Shown here one piece after another: positions 50,680-61,872 of a stretch of 64,000 bases of DNA. The stretch lies in assembly GCA_040285855.1 (NCBI GenBank), contig JAUFOQ010000013.1, positions 1,488,001 to 1,552,000 of the forward strand, written 5' to 3'. Numbering within the stretch: the stretch's first letter is position 1; each line of letters starts with the position of its first letter. The notes under the pieces were generated by a model, which was given only the letters and a program-made list of their open reading frames with translations, searched no databases and was not told the DNA's origin. The position numbers were made by a program, and so were the translations under genes. Source of the stretch: Eukaryota sp. GEM-RC1 (taxonomy: Eukaryota).

Positions 50680-50961
50680 AGAGATCGGTAGAAATGATAA
50701 ACAAAACCACTTTGAGACCGATCTGGGGAAGTATCTATCCCGGTAGATATGTTTGTCAGATCCATTTAGATAGATTAAGTCTAAGAAACTTTGTTCTGTG
50801 TAAGCAGTGTAAGCTGTGTAAGCAGTCGGTCTATCTAAGTGATGTAGCCCGTTGATGAAGATCATGATTGTCTTTGTCAGATGACGCTATATGTCTCTTA
50901 CAACCTGTGAAAACAGGAGTGAATTTCATAATTGGGAGTAATCAGTTGTTATGAAATTCAC
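50680..50961 (+). ncRNA. Candidate Fanzor omegaRNA scaffold / element right end (boundaries uncertain)
   Basis: Five stems: 50682-89/50717-24; 50731-50750 hairpin; 50763-76/50828-41 (14 bp with G-U pairs); CCTGT-GAAA-ACAGG at 50904-17; 13-bp inverted repeat 50919-31/50949-61. Confidence 0.6.
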
Positions 50962-51836
50962 AGTATCATTATCTCAACAATAACTACAGTTGCAAAACTG
51001 ATATTGACGCAATTTACATTGAACAATTAAACAGTTACACACAAAAAACCCGAATCAGATCCTGATGTACAGTATTTATGATATTACGAATTAAATAACA
51101 TAAATATTTTCTTACTATATATTAGCTGTTGATCGATCATAATTGCTAATTTTTCTCTTTGCAAATTGTGAGTTAATTAGTTTAGATAATACTAAACTAT
51201 CTTGCCATCCGGATCCAACTTCCGATATGATTACCCGACACCATCAAAATCTCTATTTATTGGACTAGTTTTATCTACAATCGAATAATCTAGGTCAGGA
51301 ATTGATGTACGACAACTATTACGGATCATGTTCAAAACCCAATAATAAATACTTAAAACCAGTGTTGTCAAATGCGCACTTTTTCCAAAAATGAAATGCG
51401 TCAAAATGCGCCAGATGCGAGCATTTTACGTGCGCATTTTGATTTCGAACTTGAGACAGCCCATAAATAAAAATCTTTTTCGTCATACTGATACATGTAC
51501 TCGTAATTCTATATTCCACATCCGTTTCGATATGTATCAAAATTCCACATCATTTGGCATCACGCTACAATTGTATACCAACCTCCTTCCAAAGGTTCTG
51601 TTGTATCAGAAGCTACAGTTCATTGTCGTAATTGTGTCCACCAGTTCGTCATTGGAACTAATAGTTTGAAACAATATTTTGTACCGGGGACGACGTAATG
51701 TTTTCTTGTTCAAAACTGTGTTCAGAACTTGTTGAAAGTCTTTAAGCTGAGTTGAGAGCTCGAAAACGCACATCCTCTTCTCATTGACCAATCTCATTAA
51801 ACAACTGTTACTGTTAATCACATACTCTATACAGAA

Positions 51837-51965
51837 TAGGGCTCTCAAATGACCCAGGTCAGGTCACCTCACCCAGCATTCATGCATTTCACCTGGGGTT
51901 CAGCTGGAAAATGACCTGGGTGAATTATCACTCACCCAGTGACCTGAGTGACCCAGGTCAAAATG
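51837..51965. mobile_element. hAT-like element end nested in the duplicated hAT copy
   Basis: TAGGGCT terminus followed by TGACCCAGGTCA / CACCCAG subterminal repeats; homology to the 25-26 kb copy stops exactly here. Confidence 0.6.
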
Positions 51966-52040
51966 AATTAAACAATTTATTTTTAATAAAACTCAATTTA
52001 CAAATTCTAACATACAATGAACAACATTATGAGTGTGACC

Positions 52041-52188
52041 CAGGGCTGTGAAAAAAATATAAACATTTAAATAACGGCAATAAATTACTGCAAAAATAAT
52101 TTATTTTTCTCAGGTAACATACGGCAATTATTGATTTTGCTTTATTCAGAGTGCAATAATTTATTTAAATGATTTTTTAACAGCCCTG
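52041..52188. mobile_element. 148-bp hAT MITE
   Basis: TIR CAGGGCTGT(G/T)AAAAAA; perfect 8-bp TSD GTGTGACC at 52033-52040 and 52189-52196. Confidence 0.92.
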
Positions 52189-52599
52189 GTGTGACCAATT
52201 TTCTACCCCACAACTAATCCAGTTCCCGCTTGTTCAAAAAAAATCTCATAGTCAAAATGCACAAGATCACAAAATCCCAAATGCGTAAAAAGACGTCAAA
52301 AGGCGCTAAATGCGTGCATTTGACGCATTTCTGAAGATTTATAACACTGCTTAATACACTGTACGAAAATATATTCCCATTATCCTTTTCTGTTGTTGTC
52401 TGGACTTTACTATATTGAAGGTTCTACATGTAGTTCCCTGTACATTTTATTTAAATTTTATCTTTTAGAAGTGTCAATGGCAAATACAAACTCGTGTCCG
52501 TTACGCCACCAATCGCAGTCATGCATATATTCCTCTTCGTCATACATCCAACATTCAGCCTCCGTAAATACGCCCTTATCATCGGTTACAAAGTTAGAT

Positions 52600-54140
52600 C
52601 ATACTTGTTGATAACAATAACAGTGTGATAACATGTGTTCGTGAAAACATGTTATAACAAACAGGAAATATCTTGTGATAACATTGGGTCTTTGTATAAT
52701 AAAAGTTTACAAAATTAATTACAACAAACAAATGGTTTGGAGAGGTACTGGTATCTCCTTTGTTAATAATAATGATGCTCTTGATTTGTATGATTAAATA
52801 AAGGTAGTGTTTTTACAAATAAATGGTATTTGTGTGTGAATACTTGTTAATTGTTGAAACTGTAGTTTTCAGTTAACCCAATATAATGTTCCACAACTAA
52901 AGGAGACTGACCACCAAACAACACAAACAATTTTCCTAATGATGAAAATATTCATTTGCCATCAGCATTGACGGATATTCCTTAAACAATCACGAAAAAC
53001 TTACGGAGAAGACAGAAAGCGAGGGCGACTCTGATGCAGCAAATGGGACTATTTGAAGCGATTGTTGTTGAATAGAGACTTGATCACAAGTAGACCGTGT
53101 GTGCAGAACATAGGAGGAAAACAGAGTACGAGTCTCAGTCTGTTGGGAAATACACCACATCCGAAAATAAAATACACTAAAATACACTGTACACTAAATT
53201 ACACTAAAATACAAACGTCTAACATAATAATATTTTGTTATTTTCATTTGTTGAAATTTTAGAATTGCCGCTTAATATCACCAATCAATGTCAATTTCGA
53301 TTAGCTCTCAATCCTGAGACATGATCAGATTCTACATCCTGATTCACCACTACCATTGAGTGTTTACCATTTGCAAATTGCATCTGGAATTTCATCATAT
53401 CCAATTTAGTGTCTTTGATTGAGTATTGAGATCATGTCTCAATTACAAAAACAATCCCAAATAATTAGTCCATCTGTTTGACGACCAAATCAAATTTACT
53501 GCACAAAAACAATTGTGGTTCACAGAAAATGACTTATTATATTAGATGATGAGGATATACCATCTTTGGAGGCCGGAGTTCGTGAGAGGGGGGAAAGAAG
53601 GGGTCTGATGTAAATACAAACGTCATTACAATACATACTGGAAGCTCACAGAAGAAATGGGGTAGCAAATAGGAATGTAAGAATGTTGTGTTTTTTAAGT
53701 AGATTAATAGCTTAATGTTAATGATTATGGGTTGATTAGTTATTCTGATTATTGAACCTTGCATAATTCGAGGCATATGACCGCTTGAATAGTCAAAATG
53801 AACGTTCTGGAAAAAATACAAAAATAACAAAAACAAACTATAAACCGAATTTAAAAAATCCAGAAAAATACAAAAAAATACAAATAAATCAAAAAGGTGT
53901 ATTTCTCAACTATGGTTTCAGTGATCACCCACTGATGAATTGCTAAAAGTAGTTTTGTTGTTGAGTGTAGTTCTTGGTGGGTGTTTCTAAACGTGCTTAT
54001 GAGCAGTGTTTGTATTTCAAAAACGGTTATCACAAATACCCTTTGTTATAACACGTGATAGTATGTCATCACATTTTGTTATTGTGATTGTGTGATAACA
54101 TGTGATCACAAATGGTAGTTGGTTGTTATTCACAAGTATG
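52600..54140. mobile_element. Non-autonomous hAT element
   Basis: TIR CATACTTGTTGATAACAA versus reverse complement CATACTTGTGAATAACAA; TGTGATAAC subterminal repeats; flanks agttagat / ctttagat (imperfect TSD). Confidence 0.75.
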
Positions 54141-55110
54141 CTTTAGATAGTTGTGGCATTTGTTCACAGCTAACAGAAGAACCAAGAAAAAATTATGAGA
54201 ATATCCTCATTTTTTGATTATATATGAGGCTTATCTTGGTACTGTAATGGCTTCCAAAAAACCAAAATATTTGAAAACGTATTTAACAATTACATTTGAC
54301 TAAAGAATTACCACACTTACAACAAATCGAGTTTTCAAAAATATAATAGCTTTGATGAAGTGTAAAAACGTAACAATGAACAAACAAACATCTAACACGG
54401 AGGTAACTTAGATTTTCAAGTTACCAACACTTCAACTGCCAATTATCCTCGACAATGTTCTCAAGCAATGATTTTGCTGAATCAATAAGAGAACAACTGA
54501 ACGGTGTTTCAGATAAATTTAAGTACAACGGCTTGTTTGATATATATGAAAATATGTCCGCAATTTTCAATTTGATTGAATCTTTGCACATTTCAATTGT
54601 TGGTCCGTTAGGAAGAAGGTCTTTTCAGCATTAGGCGGCTATCTTATTGCAATGATTACAAGCAATAACAAAAATGACGACGGGAAAAAAGAATTATCAA
54701 GTCCAGAATATACTACTACTAGTATCACTTCACTTTGATTGTTTCCAAGAGAATTGTCATAGTCAACCAGAATACAGTAATGAAGTTTGTTTTGAAGTCG
54801 GGTGGATGAGTTTGTGAGTGGTCCAATGATGTTACTGCCAGGGTTACTTGAGTAATAGCTGTTCCATCGACTTCATGGATATAATCCCACCATATTTGGT
54901 TAAGTCCATCGACGAGAATTGATAATTGATTCTGACTTTTCATTTTGAGACAACAAACCGGAAACATAATTTTAAATGGAACATGTCTAGCAGCATTATG
55001 AACAAGAGAACATCATTCACTAAAAAGTAGTATTTTGAACAAATTTATATTTATCTACAAACCAATTGATCCACAATGATGAATCTAGAATGGTTGTACA
55101 GCTTTAAAAA

Positions 55111-55844
55111 CATAGTTGCGAATCACAAATTTTGGTGATGTGATTTTGTGATGTGATTGTTGTGACTCACAAAATCACAGTGACATTCATTTGTGAGGTG
55201 AAATTGTGATTGTTGTGATATCCAATATCACAAAGTAAAACAATTGTGATTTTGTGATGTGATTGTTGTGACATCTAATTTTTTAGATTTGTCATTACCT
55301 TGTGTTCATTACTATCATACACAATGTTAAGAACAAGAATTCGGTTCACCAACTTTTGAGATAGATGTAAATTTAACATCGGAACTGAAGAAGCAATTAA
55401 TGTCTGTTATTTTTTTTAAAAATTGATGTCTTACTATTCGCGATCTATCTTAGACTCCGTGGAAGAACATAACTAGCTTACATCCGCAAACTTCCATAAG
55501 GAACTTCCTTTGGGATACGATTGGAGAGGTCCTAAATCTGATAGCCCATTTGGAAGGTCAACAAAGGGAAGCACTTTGATTTTATTACTCAAAGGTCGGA
55601 TTTGCGATATTATTGGACCTTACTACTAAACACTACAAAGGTCTTCCACAGCGTGAAATTAAGCGTAAGAACAAGAACAGAAGCTTACTTCAGTTGTTAC
55701 ATTTCATCAACTTTCCAGAATACGTTTTGTTCAATCATTGTGATGTTGTAATGTTAAATCACAAATATCACAAAAATATTGCTTGTGATGTGATTGTTGT
55801 GACTCACAAAATCACAAAGTCAAATTTTGTGATTCGCAACTATG
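55111..55844. mobile_element. Non-autonomous hAT element
   Basis: TIR CATAGTTGCGAATCACAAA; perfect 8-bp TSD TTTAAAAA; TGTGAT subterminal repeats. Confidence 0.9.
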
Positions 55845-55979
55845 TTTAAAAAAGCATAACGATTCAAGCGAAATCATCATCTCAATATATGACTATATTA
55901 GTTGCAAAACATTTAAAACATTTAAGAGAAATTCATGCATGGAACAGTAACAAAGGCTTAGGATTGTGGATTGATCACA

Positions 55980-57277
55980 TCATAAATCCACTCCTTTGAT
56001 TGTAACATTAGAATTCACCTTCACCACCTTCGCCAGAGCTCTAACACCTTCAATTCCAATTGAGTTCACACTCAGATCAATAATTGAAACAGTATCATTA
56101 ACTTTTAACGCCTCGGACAATGCTATAGCACCTTCAGCTCCAATAGAGTTGTTCCTCAGATTAATGGTTTTTACAACATCATTAACTTTCAATGTCTCCG
56201 ACAAAGCCCTTACACCTTCATCGCCTATAGAGTTGTGACTCATATTAATACTTGTCAATGTATCATTAACTATTAACGCCTCGGACAATGCTCGAGCACC
56301 TACAGCTCCAATGCAGTTTTGACTCAGATTAATTGTTGCAACAACCACATTAACCTTCAATGCCTCTGACAATGCTTTACTTCCTTCAGCTTCAATGTAG
56401 TTTTGACCAAGATTAATACTGATGACTGTAGAATTGACCTTCAACATCTCTGCCAAAGCTGAACTACCTGTATCTCCTATGGCATTAGACCACAGATTAA
56501 TGACAGTGACTGTAGAATTGACTTTTAAAGTCTCTGCTAATGCTATAGCACCTTCATATCCAATAAAGTTTCCACGCAGATTGACACAAGTAACTGAAGT
56601 ATTGACTTTCATCATCTTTACAAATAAATGAGAAATATCAGAATTAACACGTACATGAAGCTGCTTGAGATGTGGAAATAACATTGTAGAGTTATTTAGA
56701 AACTGCAAGTCATCACTATGCGCTAATTTCAAATCCAATCCTGATATTATGTTGGAACAACTAAGAAACTCTTCAGTGTTGAAAATCCCACCCACGTGTT
56801 TTTTAGAAAATAGACTTCACATCTGCTCCAAAGAAGGAAGCAAATACATGTAGTTGTTGAAGATCCATGCGTTCCAGATGAAACATGTGTGTTTGGAAAA
56901 ATAACTTAATTGCCAGAAAGGAAGTTTCAAAGAAGTTGTGGCTCACATATCCGATTTTTCTCATGAACTTTGGGACTTCTTGGTTCAATAATAAGAAAGA
57001 ACGCATAGGTTCATCATTCACTCCGACGGAAGAAGTAAACAGACGTCTCAACAAGTGAAGATTGATCAGAATCATCAAAGACTGTTGAAAACGTAAGAAC
57101 AAGTACATGGAAGAATGTAAACAAGGAGATTATGGATTAAGGAGAAACATTACCCACATTTTTGTTTAGTAAATGTTTGAGCATTTCACTGCGATGTAAT
57201 TGTTGCATGTGATCCTATGTGGTTCTAAAGTCTTGTTTTGTGGATAAAAACTTCCCTTCTGTAATATCTGTGTCCAT
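55980..57277 (-). CDS. RI/NLRC3-like LRR protein, third paralog; frameshifted
   Basis: LRRs in ORF 55980-56795; N-terminal module (QQSLMILINLH..VSHNFFE..DLQQL..FASFF.ADV) in ORF 56803-57108; start is tentative. Confidence 0.8.
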
Positions 57278-58023
57278 ATATGTTGCGACAACACCTGATA
57301 TTTGCAAAAACCGGAAACTTACAGAAATCTTTCTAACAGTTGCTTACGGACAGAAGTAAGTAACCAGACCTTTATTGTAAACTGTTCATGACAAATTCGG
57401 TACAAACATCCCAGAAAAGAGTGTTAACGATGACTTTTGAATCATAGTTGTTCTAAACGTTTAAGTTCAGGATGTCTGAATGGAAAAACTATGTTTTCCA
57501 TCTATCGAAATTGCGGCTTTTTTTCCATCGACTAGTTGAGAAAAGTTACAAGTTTAGTGTGAAGGTTAATGTCAAAAAATGCGATCTTTATCGGTTAGGA
57601 ATGAAGTCGTTTTGATTTAGTTTTAGTGTTACTTACATGTATTCGTTTTTACAAATTCATATTTCTCTGGGAAAGTTACCTTTTGGGTACCGAATAAAGT
57701 TGATTTAGACGTGGTCGTCAACCTTCTTCTTTTGTTCCTAGAAGGGCTTGTTGACGCGAATTACAGAAATTTAGAGTTAGTAATACTGTAGTCACACTCA
57801 TCGTTTGCAAGTTGTAGTTGGTGTCATGGACAGCTATGTTTGCAACTAGTGATTTACACCTTTTTTGCTTAACTTCCAAGGTTCCCAAATAATTGGCTAC
57901 TTGAGTTTCTACTTGATCACTTGTCTTCTTTGATTTGTGTACTCTATGTAATAAATAAAGAATCCAAAGTCTTGAACTGAATCGTATCTGAATCTATTCA
58001 CAAAATGTACAAAACTAACATGA

Positions 58024-60682
58024 TCACAACTGTTTCCGCTGGGCAATAAGAGTTGCCTTCATGTCCTCAACTTTCTGGGCGTAAAGCGGAATAAATGTCA
58101 GTGCGATGTGTTCCACTAACGCACCAAACTCGGGTCCATGGTCCTTGATCTTGTTGTGAGCCAATTCATGACAAAACACAATAAACCAGTGACTTAGTAT
58201 GGAATCAACTGACATGTCTTTAATCTTGTTATGATAAAAGATATTGAAATAGACTTGACCAGCTCTGTTGAAAGCAATGACTGAAGACTCATCGTAAAAA
58301 ACATTACATTTGATATCAGAATCTGAGTATAAGCATCTCCATAACAATGACACAATACAAGACAAATCGATAGCACTTGGTATATGAGTTTCTAGTGCTT
58401 TTACTTGTGCAGGATGGCAATAAAGCGCGATATTTAATCCAAACTGTCGAAATCGTTGCGAATATGAATCGTTTTTGATCAAGTTGACTTCTTCTTTTGC
58501 TTCAGAATATCCAGATTCTATCACTAGCTGTGAACTTCTGGCCTGACGAAAGATTCTGTCAGCCACTGGATCAGCCATCGAAGTTCCAGTTACACTGACA
58601 CATTGGAAAGCCGCTTCAACTACATGTTCTAAGTATGCTTCATCAGCAGTAGGCCTTCGTGGCGGTAGCTGCACCTGCTGAGCTGGATTTCTGTGAGAAT
58701 CTGCAGTGTTTTTATGACCAGAATGAATTGAAGGTCTGGAACCTTTGGCTGGTTCTTGACCTGATGTTGAAGAATCAGTGTTGGAACTTTGAAGAGGATC
58801 TGGTGTTGGTATACGCTGTGTGGTCAATGAACTGAGTGATGACATCGCCAAACGTTTCAACTTGTTCTCAACCGTTTTCTTCCTGTTTGAAGCTGGAAAT
58901 ACAGTGTCAATAGCTTTCATAAGCTGTTCATAGAAGTAAGTGTGTACACAAGAACAGTTAACACCAGTACATTCATAAGACTCATCTTCGCTTTTGCATA
59001 GTTGATGAACCCGAAATTGTGAAAACTGGCTAATATCTACAATGTAAAAAGCAAACTTCTGAATTTTTAATGGGGTTATTGGTTTCGGCGTCTTAGTTGG
59101 TGGAAACTGCTTAAATCGGATAGACCACTTTGGAAGAACTGTCACGTCATCAAACAAGTCAACCATGTCATCACGAAGTTCGCAGGCATGAAGGTTAGCT
59201 TCTACTGATGGAAAGAACGTGGCCTTAATGATCTTTTTGATTTCGATGGGATACGGAAGACCAACATCATCTCGGATAATATATTCGGGAAGAGATAAAA
59301 ATTGGCTCGTGAAATTAGATCTGATGGAATCAATGACCGGACACATTGGAGAACATCTCAGCAATTGAAGAAGCTGCGAACTTTGAATTTCAACATACTT
59401 ACACTGAAACAATGTTAATTCGTCCTTATATTCATTAATTTCTTGGCGATTCATTGGGATGATAATTTGGTGAGCTATAAGGACTGAAGCTGGACTTTCA
59501 TGCTGGCACACATGAGTATGTTTGTCTTTAAGGACTTGACTCAGCATAAATCCCTCAAAAAGAAATTCTCCAATGATTTTGGGTTTTTTCAAAAGACACA
59601 CTATTACTAACCCGTAATGCATTCTTGAAAGTCCAGTATAAAAACGATATCTCAGTTCATTGAACAATTCATTTGAAAGTCCATGGTCTTTGTTTTCCTG
59701 CATTGAGGCAGCAGTTGTCAACATCTCATTGATGATGAAGGAAGAATTAAGAGTATTCCTTTCAACACCAATTCCAGATTCAGAAGATAAAGCTGCATTG
59801 TAATCAAGACCAATAGGAAATGGAACAGAAAATTGTGTAACATAGATTCCATGAAAGAAGATCTTATTCACATAAGAATCTTTCATCAAGAATCGAACAA
59901 GGGTCCGTTTATTGGGCATTTGATAGCGTATAACTGGTCCTAATTGTTCGTTTGACCGAAGAAATAGATACTGTGTTGGGTCAACGCGAACTGTTTTGCT
60001 ACGTATTCCAGAGATGTGAATCAATGTCGCTGGGGGAGAAGAAACAAGATCATTGTTTGTGTTAACATAGCAGAACAGTGAGTCATGCTTATCATGAGCA
60101 AACGACCAAGTAGATGGACCAGTCTTAATTCTAACAGTGAGAACGAAGAGTTTAAACATACTTGAAAGAAGCTCCACTGGCAAGCAGACGGTTTATTTCG
60201 GGTTTCAGCCCATCGCCAAAATGTCCTGCAAGACAGGGCTCATTCTCCTTGTCAGAATGGCCAAAGCGGAGAATCTCTGGTCCAAGTGTGACGTTGTTGT
60301 TGTAAAAAATGATGTCATGTGTTTGTTTAGCCAACTTGGAAGTTGTTTGAAGAAGCCATCCAAGATTTTTTCTTGATTCCTCTCTTTCCCCAGACCACGC
60401 AGAGTAGAGCTCAAAGGAAATCCCAGTTCCATTGAAGTCTTTATGTAAATGTGTTTCTATGGATGGAGATGGGAAGGAGTTCTGAGGATCGTAATCCTTG
60501 GCCTGCTTGAAACATTGGTCTCGCCAGTTCTGGAGGTTTTCTCTGACTGATGGCTTAAGGTGGTTTCGATAGCGTTTCACAATATTCAAAGAGATAGTTT
60601 CTGTAGGAGTTCCATCAGGAGAGTCATGCAGAAGATAGTGGTGTTCAGGAGGGAGAAGATCAACCAGTATATCAAGCAGCAT
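58024..60682 (-). CDS. GHKL-type ATPase fused to a C-terminal HEXXH metallopeptidase-like domain (875 aa, one intron)
   Basis: VRENLQNWRD and GHSDK..AGHFGDGLK (GHKL); 31-nt GTATGT..TAG intron 60161-60131 joins SFK-IKTG; IAFNRAGQVYFN..WF..CHELAHN..HG.EF. Confidence 0.75.
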
Positions 60683-60869
60683 TGTCAATCAAAAACTATG
60701 ATTTTCAATTGTCCTAAATTTGTGACACTTGTTTGACGAATGAATCTTGACATATCCTTTCATGCAGTTTTCTTGTAAATAGTGTCACTCTAACGCCACA
60801 CAGTACATTGTTGACTCTGAATCAAGTTCTGTATATGGATTCTGTAATTGAAGTTCACATTTAAATATT

Positions 60870-61455
60870 TAACGCTGTTCGTGACGTTACTTATGAAATG
60901 TTCAAATCCTACAACTATAGTTGTAAAATTGAACCTCTTCTGAAACATTATAGTGACAATAACGTGTTTGATTCTCGGCGTGGTGACTTAATTGCTCCTT
61001 TTCTGGATTCATCTCAAGTTGTGGTTGATTTTACTACAGTTGACCCGTTTGCAAAAGTCTACCAAGACTCCATACTGAATGATTCGAATGGTCATCTGGA
61101 AAAGGCTGAACAGCGAAAGTGTTCAAATTATGCGGATGCTTTGCAGAAGCTTAATGAAAATCTATATTATAAGTTTTCATTTATTCCAATTGCAATTTCA
61201 ATTTTTGGTAATATTGGTCCAGCCGGTTTAAAGTTTTTCAGTGATTTTAGTCTTTTATGTCGTTCTAATGGCAAGGTGTTTAATAGCGCTGTATGGATTA
61301 ATCGAATTATGTTTGCTCTTTATAGAAGCATTCTCAAGTATTTATGTTCCATTTATTCGAAGTTGTATAGGGACAATTCTCGTGTTGATGTGGAGAATTT
61401 AACTTCTTTCATTTTCTGAAACTGTATGTATTAATTTATTGTTGCAAATAAACTC
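60870..61455 (+). mobile_element. RLE non-LTR retrotransposon 3' fragment, family B (open endonuclease ORF)
   Basis: IEP..RRGDL..VDFTTVDP..AEQRKCSNY..FIPIAISIFGNIG; paralog at 22610-23050. Confidence 0.85.
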
Positions 61456-61872
61456 TTATATATTTTAAATATTTTAAATGTATTTCACCAGAGTAAATTT
61501 CGATTCACCCAAAAATTTAAAAAACAAACACTATTCAACAAGAAGATAAACTGGTGATTCAATATTATCAAATTGAAATGTACTATTCATATTGAGTAAG
61601 TGAGGATCAGATGCAATTAAAGACACAATCCTCTCATCAGCAGAATATATAAACTCGAACTTATACATGAAACAGACATATGATGATGATGTTCTTCAAC
61701 TTGACCAGGGTGTATTTCAATGATCAACACGGTAATAGCCAAGAAAAGAGATTGAAGTAAGATGCAGAGAATTTTGAATCTTATTTTCCACACGTTTTCA
61801 TCACGTTTCAAAAGGAAGGACGATAAAAACTCACTTAACTAGGATATACGATAGAAAATTCAACGTTTAAAC

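Larger units (their letters stand above)
50981..52600 (-). repeat. Inverted segmental duplication of 24977-26798
   Basis: 50981-51836 is the reverse complement of about 25920-26798, and 52236-52600 of 24977-25348. It carries the same hAT insertion (51360-52349) with the same TSD. Confidence 0.9.

Noticed and set aside
50797..50826. TGTAAGC(A/T)G x3 as a mini-CRISPR array
   Set aside because: These are 9-nt tandem units without spacers, lying in the loop of a predicted stem.
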